This document shows positions 1 through 8,032 of a stretch of 13,405 nucleotides of DNA, piece after piece. The stretch covers positions 1 to 13,405 of the forward strand of contig CBFIGY010000050.1 of NCBI GenBank assembly GCA_965662235.1, written 5' to 3'. The position numbers were made by a program, and so were the translations under genes. The notes beneath the pieces are model-generated. The model saw only the letters and a program-made list of their open reading frames with translations. It made no database searches and was not told the origin of the DNA. Origin of the DNA: an uncultured bacterium (lineage in GTDB: Bacteria; SAR324; NAC60-12). The stretch's first letter is position 1. Every line of letters starts with the position of its first letter.

Positions 1-1690
1 GCTTGAGCTCCTGGGCCTGCCGGACCAGGTACCCTTCGTATTTGGACTCCACCTCCACCTGATGCCGGACGGCTTCCGGAAAGGCGTCCCAGTCCACCCC
101 TTCGGCCAGTCGGGTCGGAATCAATCGCTCAATGTTCAGACGAGGACGCTTCAGCAACTCCGTGAAGGTCACCGGGTGCTTCAGAGGCGGCTCCTCCAGC
201 TTCTCCAGCTCTGCCTGCACCTGTGCATTGGGCAGAATCCGGTGCTGCTGCAGGGTGTGCCCCAGGGCGAGGATCTGGGTTCGCTTTTCCTCAAACTGCT
301 GCCAGCAGGCATCCGAGAGCAGGCCCAGGGCGTGTCCCTTTTCACACAGGCGGAGGTCGGCGTTGTCTTCCCGGAGCTGCAGGCGGTGCTCGGCACGTGA
401 AGTAAACATCCGGTAAGGCTCGGTGACGCCTTTGGTGATGAGGTCGTCAATGAGGACCCCGATGTAGGCTTCATGGCGCGCCAAGGTGAAGGCCGGGCGT
501 TTCTGCACCTGCAGCGCAGCATTGACGCCTGCCATCAGTCCCTGTGCTGCGGCTTCCTCATACCCGGTGGTTCCGTTGATCTGTCCGGCCATGAAGAGGC
601 CGCTGACCACCTTCAGCTCCAGGGTGGGTTTCAGCTGGGTGGGGTCAATGTGGTCGTACTCAATGGCATACCCCGGACGGATGATCTCAACCGCTTCCAA
701 CCCCTCAATGGTCCGTAAGAACTGAAACTGCACGTCTGCCGGCAGGCTGGTGGAGAGGCCATTGGGGTAGATCATCAGGTTGTCCTCGGCCAGCCCGGTG
801 GGCTCCAAGAAGATCTGGTGCCGGTCCTTGTCGGCAAACTTGACGATCTTGTCCTCAATGGAGGGGCAGTACCGGGGACCCACGCCCTTAATTTGTCCTC
901 CGTAGAGGGCAGAGCGGCTGAGGTTGTCCTGAATGATGGCGTGCGTCCGCGGGTTGGTGTAGGCAATGTGACAGGGCACCTGCGGCAGCTTGATCGTGGT
1001 GTCCCAGAAGGAAAAGCGCCGAGGAGGCGTGTCTCCAGGCTGCACCTCCAAGCGGTCCCAGTCGATGGTGTGCTTGTTGACCCGTGCCGGGGTGCCCGTC
1101 TTCATGCGACCGAGGGTCAGCTTCCGCCCCGCAAGGGAGAGGGAGAGGTTTTTGGACGGAGGCTCGCCCACGCGTCCGGCTTCCTCGCGCTCGTCTCCAC
1201 GGTGGATGAGCCCGTTGAGGAAGGTTCCCGTGGTGACCACAACGGTTGCGCTGAAGTAGTCAGCGTCCGGAGTCCGGACCCCCACCACCCGGTCGCCGTC
1301 AAACAGCAGCTCCTCCACCAGTCCCTCCAGGATCGTCAGGCCCTCTTGCTGCTCCAGCACCTGCCGCATCTCCGACTTGTACGCATACATTTCCGACTGA
1401 CACCGAGACCCCCAGGTCGCAGGACCCCGGGACGCATTGAGGATACGGAACTGGATGCCGGTGGCGTCGGCCACCTTCCCCATCTCTCCTCCCAGCGCAT
1501 CAATTTCCTTCACCAGGTGACCCTTGCCAATGCCACCAATGGCAGGGTTGCAGGACATTTCAGCGATGGTCTCACGTGACATGGTGACCAGCGCGGTCTG
1601 GACACCCATGCGAGCTGCCGCCAGGGCGGCTTCACATCCGGCATGACCGGCGCCAATGACCAGCACATCGTATTGCGTTGCCGTGGACAT
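1..1690 (-). CDS. mnmG: tRNA U34 5-carboxymethylaminomethyl modification enzyme MnmG (GidA); 3' end lies beyond the left window edge
   Basis: Manual translation from ATG at 1690: [29 protein letters not shown]...[27 protein letters not shown]. Later motifs are [11 protein letters not shown] (~850-880), [17 protein letters not shown] (~540-590), [14 protein letters not shown] (~380-420) and VESKYEGY (~30-55). The start and the window-edge motif are in the same frame. The ORF track omits it, presumably because the stop is outside the window. Confidence 0.98.
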   Translation of the reverse strand, partial: MSTATQYDVLVIGAGHAGCEAALAAARMGVQTALVTMSRETIAEMSCNPAIGGIGKGHLVKEIDALGGEMGKVADATGIQFRILNASRGPATWGSRCQSEMYAYKSEMRQVLEQQEGLTILEGLVEELLFDGDRVVGVRTPDADYFSATVVVTTGTFLNGLIHRGDEREEAGRVGEPPSKNLSLSLAGRKLTLGRMKTGTPARVNKHTIDWDRLEVQPGDTPPRRFSFWDTTIKLPQVPCHIAYTNPRTHAIIQDNLSRSALYGGQIKGVGPRYCPSIEDKIVKFADKDRHQIFLEPTGLAEDNLMIYPNGLSTSLPADVQFQFLRTIEGLEAVEIIRPGYAIEYDHIDPTQLKPTLELKVVSGLFMAGQINGTTGYEEAAAQGLMAGVNAALQVQKRPAFTLARHEAYIGVLIDDLITKGVTEPYRMFTSRAEHRLQLREDNADLRLCEKGHALGLLSDACWQQFEEKRTQILALGHTLQQHRILPNAQVQAELEKLEEPPLKHPVTFTELLKRPRLNIERLIPTRLAEGVDWDAFPEAVRHQVEVESKYEGYLVRQAQELK

Positions 1691-1839
1691 GTTGGTTCGT
1701 CAGAAACAGTGAACAGAGTGGGGAAGGGAGGTGCGTGATGCGGGACCTTCCGGAAGGATCAAGAAAATCAACAGATCATTTTAGAAAATTCTGCTTCCGG
1801 GTACCATATTATTTTTGCCCTTCTGCCCTTTGGAGTCCT

Positions 1840-2994
1840 GTGAAGCTGCCCATTTACCTGGATTACAACGCGACCACCCCGGTGGATCCGCGAGTGGTGG
1901 AACGGATGCTGCCGTACTTCACCACCTGGTTTGGAAATGCTGCGAGCCGGAACCACTCGTTTGGCTGGACCGCAGAGCGGGCGGTTGAGACGGCACGGGA
2001 TCAGGTGGCCACGCTGCTGCAGGTGCCCTCTCAGGAGCTGGTCTGGACCAGTGGCGCCACGGAATCCTGCAACACGGCCCTCTTTGGGGCGGCGGCACGC
2101 TGGCGGCACAGGGGGCGGCACCTGATCTCTACTCCCATTGAGCACAAGGCGGTTCTCGACCCCCTCCGGAAGCTGGAAGAGCAGGGCTGGGAAGTCACGT
2201 ACCTCAGCGTGGACGCCGATGGGCAAATCGACCTGCAGGAGCTGAAGCAGACCCTGCGTCCGGACACCGTCCTAGTGTCGCTGATGGCCGCCCACAATGA
2301 ACTGGGGACGCTCTACCCGCTGGCGGAAGCAACTGAGCTGGCGCACCAGGCGGGAGCGCTTGTGCATACGGACGCAACCCAGGCGGTGGGCAAGGTTCCG
2401 TTGAACCTGCAGGAGGTTCCGGTGGACCTGCTTTCCTTCAGTGCCCACAAGTTTTATGGCCCCAAGGGCGTGGGGGGCTTGCGGGTGCGGCGGGTAGCAG
2501 GAGCGCCCTGCATCGATCCACTTCTGCTGGGAGGTGGGCATGAAGCCGGTTTGCGGTCCGGTACCCTGAACGTTCCGGGAATCATGGGAATGGGGAAAGC
2601 GGCGGAGCTGTGTGCCGCCGAGCAGGAAGCCGAAGGAACGCGGCAGCGGAAGCTGCTGGAGCAGGCGCAGGCGACGTTGACGGAGCAGCTGGATGGAGTC
2701 CTCCTCAATGGCCCGGCCTCTGCGCGGTTGCCCAACACCCTGAACGTGAGCTTCACAGGGGTGGACGGCGAGGCGCTGCTGCTGGGCATCAGTGAGCTGG
2801 CCGTGGCTTCCGGATCCGCCTGCACGTCTGCAGACATAAGTCCCTCTTATGTGCTGCAGGCGATTGGCCGGTCAGAGGCACTGGCCCGGGCCTCCCTCCG
2901 CCTCAGCATCGGTCGGATGACCACCGCTGAGGAAGTCGCTTATGCCACCCGTCGGATCATCGAAACCGTGCAGCGCCTTCGGGCTTCGGGTTAG
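1840..2994 (+). CDS. iscS: IscS/NifS-type (group I) PLP-dependent cysteine desulfurase
   Basis: GTG at 1840 with GGAG at 1832-1835 gives MKLPIYLDYNATTPVDPRV, matching the IscS N-terminus. Also contains TSGATES, HTDATQ, the PLP lysine motif SAHKFYGPKG, RSGTLN and the catalytic SGSACTS. The track start at 1678 is an over-extension. Confidence 0.93.
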   Translation: MKLPIYLDYNATTPVDPRVVERMLPYFTTWFGNAASRNHSFGWTAERAVETARDQVATLLQVPSQELVWTSGATESCNTALFGAAARWRHRGRHLISTPIEHKAVLDPLRKLEEQGWEVTYLSVDADGQIDLQELKQTLRPDTVLVSLMAAHNELGTLYPLAEATELAHQAGALVHTDATQAVGKVPLNLQEVPVDLLSFSAHKFYGPKGVGGLRVRRVAGAPCIDPLLLGGGHEAGLRSGTLNVPGIMGMGKAAELCAAEQEAEGTRQRKLLEQAQATLTEQLDGVLLNGPASARLPNTLNVSFTGVDGEALLLGISELAVASGSACTSADISPSYVLQAIGRSEALARASLRLSIGRMTTAEEVAYATRRIIETVQRLRASG

Positions 2995-3773
2995 TCGAAG
3001 ATCTCGGGGTTGCAGGGACGGACACAGAGGTTGATCTCCTGCCGGTCCTCCAGTTCGCGACCATCGTCGCCCACCAACTTCAGCGTCACCCGGATGGAGC
3101 GGGGCAGGCAGAAGCTCTCCTTGTTTTCCGGGTCCGTGCAGTCTCCTTCCTCCGAATCCCACACTCCGGCCCAGTCTTCTTGATTGGACTGGTCTCCAGA
3201 GGCCAGTTGAATCTCCCGGAGGCGGAACTCGACCAGAAAGCCGGTGACGGATTCGGAGAGGACGATCTGCCGCCCCTCCTGCCGTCCCTCCCGCAGGTTG
3301 GGATCCAGGTAGTAGTCCTCGCGCTTCACAAACTGCCAGACGTCCTCAGTGGTGTTGAATTCCAGGCCATAACCGATTTCGTGCAGGTGCGGGTCCAGGC
3401 CGTTCCGGACCTCCTCGGTGTCCTGAAAGAGGCTGGAGGGGCGGTCGGTGTGGAAGGAAATCCGGGAGGCTTCAATGTTGTCAGGACCCAGAACCTGTTC
3501 GGCAACGAGGCCGCTTTCGTGCTCCCTCGGCTCGGCGTCCACCCACTGCTTGAGGTAGCGGGTGGACTGAAGGTCATCCAGCACCATCTTCATCAGCAGC
3601 CGCAGCTCCTGCTCTCCGGAGAGGGTGGCCTGGACGGAGCGTGCCGAGTTGGACGCCTGAAAGAACGCCCCATACGCCAAGGCGGTGATCAGGCCGAGCA
3701 GAACAATGGAGAAGACCAGCTCAATGAGGGTGAAGCCCCGGACGCGCGGGGCCGGGTTACTGGGCACGGACAT
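2991..3773 (-). CDS. gspJ: Type II secretion minor pseudopilin GspJ-like
   Basis: Class III signal RVRG|FTLIELVFSIVLLGLI; fourth gene of a G-H-I-J run; C-terminal LPRSIRVTL is typical of GspJ. Start is most likely ATG 3773 (alternatives ATG 3785 or GTG 3767), overlapping the gspI end. Its stop overlaps the convergent iscS stop (ttag 2991-2994). Confidence 0.8.
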   Translation of the reverse strand: MSVPSNPAPRVRGFTLIELVFSIVLLGLITALAYGAFFQASNSARSVQATLSGEQELRLLMKMVLDDLQSTRYLKQWVDAEPREHESGLVAEQVLGPDNIEASRISFHTDRPSSLFQDTEEVRNGLDPHLHEIGYGLEFNTTEDVWQFVKREDYYLDPNLREGRQEGRQIVLSESVTGFLVEFRLREIQLASGDQSNQEDWAGVWDSEEGDCTDPENKESFCLPRSIRVTLKLVGDDGRELEDRQEINLCVRPCNPEIFD

Positions 3774-4131
3774 AGAGGTCGGCATCAAAGCTACGGGTGT
3801 TGCCCCCCTGCTGCCACTCCAGGCGGTAGTTGACCCGACGGACGGTGATTCCAGGGAGCGGATCAATGTCTTCCACGGTGAGGAACCAACGCCACCCGGC
3901 CAGTTCATGGTCGTTGGGGAAGGTGCCCTGATTGACAGAGACCGGAGGCGGGTCCTTGGAACGTTCCCAGAAGAGCAGGCGTTCCTGGATGTAGGAGTTG
4001 GCCCGACGCAGGTTCTGGGTTTCGCCCAAAATGAACAAGGAGCTGGACTGGCTCTGGAAGACGGCCAAGAGGCTGACCGCCAGGATGGCCAGCGCAATCA
4101 TGACCTCCAGCAGCGTGAACCCGCGCCTCAT
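3757..4131 (-). CDS. gspI: Type II secretion minor pseudopilin GspI
   Basis: MRRG|FTLLEVMIALAILAVSLLAV prepilin motif, 124 aa, GTF...WRW and RRV in the C-terminal half; ATGA overlap with the gspH stop. Confidence 0.85.
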   Translation of the reverse strand: MRRGFTLLEVMIALAILAVSLLAVFQSQSSSLFILGETQNLRRANSYIQERLLFWERSKDPPPVSVNQGTFPNDHELAGWRWFLTVEDIDPLPGITVRRVNYRLEWQQGGNTRSFDADLYVRAQ

Positions 4132-4655
4132 CCCTCCTCTAGCTGCAGCTTGCCCATCAGCGTCCGGTTCCGGAGCGTCCGCCGTTCCTGTGAGTCCGAA
4201 AGTTCCAACTCAAGGGAAAACGGCATGATGGCGCCCTGAGGCAAAATGGAGATGTCCACCTGATCGGGAGGCGAGAAGGAACCACCGTTCTGGTTGGCTT
4301 CAAAGGCGTTGAGGAGGAGGAGGCCCTCGGGCACCCGTAGGAGCGGATCCAGTCCCCGATCGGTCATGACGACGTTGTCCTCGGGAATGCCTTCAAAGAC
4401 GATGAACCGCTGGTTCTGGAGGTCGATCCGGAAGGTGTACGACTGCGCCTTGAGGACCGCGTCGTTGCGGAGCATCCGGAAGGCCCGCGAGAGGTTCTGC
4501 TGCAGCTGCCGGTCCGGAGGCTCAAAGAACGCAAAGAACTGAGGCACCACTGCCCCCAGCAGCAATGCCATGAGGGCCAAGGTGATGACGACCTCAAACA
4601 GGGTGAAGCCGCGACGGGAGGGGGCCTTAGAGGTCGTTGGAGCTGATATCGGCAT
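4128..4655 (-). CDS. gspH: Type II secretion minor pseudopilin GspH-like
   Basis: RRG|FTLFEVVITLALMALL prepilin motif, ILPQGAIMPFSLEL near the C-terminus, and position between gspG and gspI. ATG at 4655 overlaps the end of gspG. Confidence 0.8.
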   Translation of the reverse strand: MPISAPTTSKAPSRRGFTLFEVVITLALMALLLGAVVPQFFAFFEPPDRQLQQNLSRAFRMLRNDAVLKAQSYTFRIDLQNQRFIVFEGIPEDNVVMTDRGLDPLLRVPEGLLLLNAFEANQNGGSFSPPDQVDISILPQGAIMPFSLELELSDSQERRTLRNRTLMGKLQLEEG

Positions 4656-5073
4656 CAAGGTCGGCCCCGCCCTCTACGCTGTCGGCTCCTAGGGAGACGA
4701 TCTCATAATCCTGCCCATCTCCTCGGTAGACAAAGTCCGTATCCCACCCATCCTGAGGCAGGTTCTTGCTCTGCAGGTAGGGGCCATTCCAGTTCTTGGG
4801 AATGAGGCCCACCTCGGGCTTCGTCAGCAGGGCCTTGAGCCCCTGATCGGTGCCAGGGTAGCGTCCGTTGTGCAGGCGGTAGAGGTCCAGAGCGGTTTGC
4901 AGCCCCCGGATCTGAGTCTTGGTGGAGTCCACCTTGGCCTTGGCCAGTTCATTGAAGAGGGTGACGCCGACGATGCCGGAGAGCAGGCCGAGGATGACGA
5001 TGACGACCATGACTTCAATGAAGCTGAAGCCACGGCGCTTGCGACGGGAGGAACGGACAGAGGGAGACGTCAT
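4627..5073 (-). CDS. gspG: Type II secretion major pseudopilin GspG
   Basis: RRG|FSFIEVMVVIVILGLLSGIV; ALDLYRLHNGRYP; QGLKALLTKP; WNGPYL; C-terminal SLGAD..GG...DI loop characteristic of GspG. Confidence 0.95.
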   Translation of the reverse strand: MTSPSVRSSRRKRRGFSFIEVMVVIVILGLLSGIVGVTLFNELAKAKVDSTKTQIRGLQTALDLYRLHNGRYPGTDQGLKALLTKPEVGLIPKNWNGPYLQSKNLPQDGWDTDFVYRGDGQDYEIVSLGADSVEGGADLDADISSNDL

Positions 5074-5107
5074 GAGGCGTTTTGTGCCATAGGGTTATGC
5101 GAGAAAC

Positions 5108-5135
5108 TTGCAGCCCTGCAGAATTGGGATACACT
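5108..5135 (+). promoter_or_regulatory. Probable sigma70-type promoter of rnpB
   Basis: TTGCAG (5108-5113), a 16-nt spacer and TACACT (5130-5135), ending 7 nt before the P1 helix at 5143. Confidence 0.5.
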
Positions 5136-5142
5136 CAGAGGC

Positions 5143-5502
5143 GCTGAAGTTGGATACACGATCGCTGGCCTGCATGCAGGCTGGAGGAAAGTCCGGGCAG
5201 CACAGGGCTGGGTGCTGGCTAACAGCCAGGCGGCGCGAGCCGATGGAAAGTGCAACAGAAAAGACACCGCCGATGGCCCGTCAGGGCACAGGTAAGGGTG
5301 AAATGGCAGGGTAAGAGCCTACCGCGCTTCCGGTGACGGAGGTGGCAGTGTAAACCCCACCCGCTGCAAGTCCAAATAGGATCGCATTCAGGTGGCCCGC
5401 CTGGCGGTCGGGTAGGACGCTAGAGGCGGTCGGTAACGACCGTCCCAGATAAATGATCGTGGCCCTACGGGGAACAGAACCCGGCTTATTTCCAGCTTCA
5501 GC
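5143..5502 (+). ncRNA. rnpB: RNase P RNA, bacterial class A
   Basis: Conserved elements GAGGAAAGTCCGGGC, GGAAAGTGCAACAGAAA, AGGGTGAAA, GGTAAGAGC, TAAACCCCACCCG..GCAAG, AGATAAATGAT and ACAGAACCCGGCTTA. A 12-bp terminal P1 helix forms between GCTGAAGTTGGA (5143-5154) and TCCAGCTTCAGC (5491-5502). Confidence 0.98.
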
Positions 5503-6286
5503 CTTTGCCCGCTTCCTGGCGATACTGCTTTAAATAATCCTCTGTAACCTCAGTCACGGGCAAGTCCAAAGCCCGGGCGTAGCTCTGCAGGTACCCCTTG
5601 AGGTACACCTCTGCGGCAAAGTCCCCAAAGCGTTCCTGCTCAATGGCCGTGAGCATCTGCACCCGCACAAACGTCACCTCCGAAAGCTCCTCCAGCGAAA
5701 CCTCCCGCAACCGACGGATCTGAGACAGGACGTTTCCGTTGAAGACCCGAGCCTCTCCCAGTGCGCTGAGGAACTGCTGGACGTTTTCCTGAGAAACCTG
5801 ATTCTTCTGTCGAATCGAAATCAGCTGCGAGCGTCGCATGCTGGCCAAGGAGCTTTGGACCTCCTCTAGGCTCTGCATCTTGCTCTCCGGTGTCTCTGGG
5901 GCAGAAGCGGGAGCCGTTTCCAGAGGCGCCGGTGTTTCCTGGGGACGGAGGTAGATGACCTTGTTGGTCGGCGGAGACGCCGGGGGACGCTCCTCACTCG
6001 TCGGAGGAGCCTGGCTCCGGAGGCGTTCCAGCAGCCGGTCGTGCGCCTTGCGGGAGCTGGGATTCGCCAACTGCATGTAGGCGTGGCTGATGCGCTGGAT
6101 CTCCAGCTCAGTCTCTTCTGGAGGCACCAAGGAGTAGCCGGCGAGCGATTCGGCCCGGATGTCGTAAATCAGGCTCTCGTAAGCGGCGCGGATGGTGTCG
6201 AGGTCTGCGGTTTCAGAGACGCCCAGGATGGCGTAAAAGCTTTCCGACGTCTCGGCTTCCGGAGAGTGCAGGAGGGGCTGGCTCAT
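5498..6286 (-). CDS. Protein with an N-terminal DnaJ-like domain (no HPD), a Pro-rich linker and a C-terminal RodZ-type XRE/HTH_25 domain
   Basis: N-terminus FYAILGVSETADLDTIRAAY...ISHAYMQLANPSSRKAHD follows the J-domain helix pattern. C-terminus GNVLSQIRRLREVSLEELSEVTFVRVQMLTAIEQERF..VYLKGYLQSYARALDL matches the RodZ-like HTH pattern. ATGA overlap with the upstream ATPase (6283-6286). Confidence 0.85.
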   Translation of the reverse strand: MSQPLLHSPEAETSESFYAILGVSETADLDTIRAAYESLIYDIRAESLAGYSLVPPEETELEIQRISHAYMQLANPSSRKAHDRLLERLRSQAPPTSEERPPASPPTNKVIYLRPQETPAPLETAPASAPETPESKMQSLEEVQSSLASMRRSQLISIRQKNQVSQENVQQFLSALGEARVFNGNVLSQIRRLREVSLEELSEVTFVRVQMLTAIEQERFGDFAAEVYLKGYLQSYARALDLPVTEVTEDYLKQYRQEAGKG

Positions 6287-7215
6287 GGCAAGACCATTGA
6301 TTCGGAATGACGTTCTCGGGTCAAGGGTTTCCCTAGGATCTCCCCACCAACCGCCAGCAGACGCTTGGCTGCATTGGATCCCGGGTGATCAAGGAGGACC
6401 GGACGACGCTGCAGGACGGACTGCCAGACGACTTCATCGTGTTCAATGTGACCAATGAACTGCAGCTTGAGCCCAAAGTACTTCTGACAGGCGTTTTCCA
6501 TGGCGTTGCCAATCCGGGTGTCGTTTTGATGACGGACCTGGTTGAGGATCATCTTCGGACGGAACGATTCGACCTGCTCATCAATGAAGCGTCCAAACTC
6601 CCCGCCCCGTTGTCGGAGGTGGGCGATCAGCTCCTTGGGAGTGCGGATGCCATAGGGGTTCCCCACCCGCAGCATCTCATCGACTAGGTGCCGCAGTCCT
6701 GCCGTGTCACTGTTGTTACGCAGCTGGCGGTAGAAGGAGTTCTTGATGAAGCGGTAGGCGTTTTCAATCGACGTCGGCTCCGGGACCACAACCAGCAGCT
6801 GGGTATCGGCAAGGAGGAAGAAGTCGATGGTGTTGTAAGCCGTCCCGGCCCCCAGATCGAGGAGGACGTAGTCCGTCTGCAGCTGCTTGAGGGCCCGGAT
6901 GAAGCGGAGCTTCTGGGTGTGCTTGAGGTTGGCAATCTCCACCCCATCCCGGGCGCCGCTGATGAGCTTGAGGCGGGGGATGTTGGTGGGCAGCAGCAAC
7001 TGATCAATGCGCTCCACCTGATGGGCGACAAACTCAGAGAGTCCGCGTTCAGGATTGTTGACGCCGAGCCACGTGTGCAGGTTGGCTCCGCCGAGGTCCA
7101 TGTCGGCGAGCACCACCCGGTAGCCCTTCTGAGCCAGCATGACTCCAAGGTTACTGGTGAAGAAGCTCTTCCCAACTCCGCCTTTACCGCCTCCTACGGC
7201 CCAAATCTGTTTCAT
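6283..7215 (-). CDS. MinD/FlhG(FleN)-family P-loop ATPase
   Basis: Deviant Walker A GGKGGVGKS, DMDLGGANLH, LLDLGAG, VVVPEPTSIENAYRFIK, ILNQV. Start is probably ATG 7215 (alternative TTG 7239). Confidence 0.93.
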   Translation of the reverse strand: MKQIWAVGGGKGGVGKSFFTSNLGVMLAQKGYRVVLADMDLGGANLHTWLGVNNPERGLSEFVAHQVERIDQLLLPTNIPRLKLISGARDGVEIANLKHTQKLRFIRALKQLQTDYVLLDLGAGTAYNTIDFFLLADTQLLVVVPEPTSIENAYRFIKNSFYRQLRNNSDTAGLRHLVDEMLRVGNPYGIRTPKELIAHLRQRGGEFGRFIDEQVESFRPKMILNQVRHQNDTRIGNAMENACQKYFGLKLQFIGHIEHDEVVWQSVLQRRPVLLDHPGSNAAKRLLAVGGEILGKPLTRERHSESMVLP

Positions 7216-7257
7216 AAAGCTCTCAGGCTTCGGTTCCAATAGTGATGAACATGCAAT

Positions 7258-7944
7258 TCATGCCGGGTTTTTGGGGTCCCGGTAGGTCTGCCTTGCCGGA
7301 ATCTGCACCAGTCGTTGCTCCGGGAGTACCAGGGCGGTGAGGGCGCCCCCGTAGACGCAGCCGGTGTCCAACCCCCACGCAAACGGTCGCTGAACCAGTC
7401 CCTGTCGGGCCCAATGCCCAAAGATGACGGTCTCTGGGCCCGTGTGGACCTCGAACCAAGGGGGATCTGTTTCGTGATAGAGGCGCTCCCCCTGTCCGTC
7501 CCAGGTGCGAATTTGTGTGAGGAGTCGCACAGGTGTTTTTGCATAGGCCATGCCCGGAGCGATTCCCGCATGGACGACAACGTAAGAAGTGGCCGATTCT
7601 GGGGCCTCCAGGGTGAACTTCAGCATCCGGGGCCAGGTCCGGATCCACGGGCGCCAGTCGGGCAGTTTCTGGTCCAACTCTGCAATCAAGGCCGCGGTGT
7701 CGGCACGTCGAGGAGGCGTCCGGTACGCCTGAGCCAGCAACGCCAGTTCGTGGTTGCCGACCACCGCCTCGGCCCGGAGCGTCTTCAGCAGCTGTAGCAC
7801 CCGGCAGGAGTCTGGGCCCTTGTTGACCAGGTCTCCGACAAAGATCAGCCGGTCGCCCCCGGGGGCATACTGAACAGCCTCCAGCAGTTCCTCCAGCTCC
7901 ACGTAGCATCCGTGGACGTCTCCAACGACAATTGTGCGACTCAT
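7258..7944 (-). CDS. Calcineurin-like metallophosphoesterase, ApaH/PrpE (diadenosine tetraphosphatase / PPP) type
   Basis: GDVHG, GDLVNKGPDS, GNHE, VHAG, FGHWA and LDTGCVYGGALTA motifs. Confidence 0.92.
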   Translation of the reverse strand: MSRTIVVGDVHGCYVELEELLEAVQYAPGGDRLIFVGDLVNKGPDSCRVLQLLKTLRAEAVVGNHELALLAQAYRTPPRRADTAALIAELDQKLPDWRPWIRTWPRMLKFTLEAPESATSYVVVHAGIAPGMAYAKTPVRLLTQIRTWDGQGERLYHETDPPWFEVHTGPETVIFGHWARQGLVQRPFAWGLDTGCVYGGALTALVLPEQRLVQIPARQTYRDPKNPA

Positions 7945-8032
7945 CACTCCATCCGGCTCAAGTTTTGCCGTCTCATGCCGATAAGGAAGCTGAAGAACTC
8001 ATTTGATGCGCTGTTCTGACAGAGGAAGCTTC

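Noticed and set aside
62..1579. Plus-strand ORFs 62-400, 473-718, 818-1579 and similar
   Set aside because: Antisense shadows of mnmG, which occupies the minus strand.
1678..1839. 54-aa N-terminal extension of IscS in the ORF track
   Set aside because: It would overlap the mnmG start and cover the divergent spacer; GTG 1840 has an RBS and gives the canonical N-terminus.
1691..1839. oriC, since mnmG often flanks the origin
   Set aside because: The spacer is short and I saw no TTATCCACA-type DnaA box cluster.
3774..4097. Long N-terminal extension of the 368-aa ORF
   Set aside because: An alternative frame over gspI; the prepilin motif places the real gspJ start near 3773.
5070..5314. Small ORFs at 5070-5267 and 5108-5314
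   Set aside because: They overlap the RNase P RNA gene and show no protein-like features.
5498..6286. Calling this gene rodZ or dnaJ, or the neighbouring ATPase flhG/minD
   Set aside because: It has no TM or periplasmic domain of RodZ and no HPD or Zn-finger of DnaJ; the ATPase lacks flhF or minCE context.
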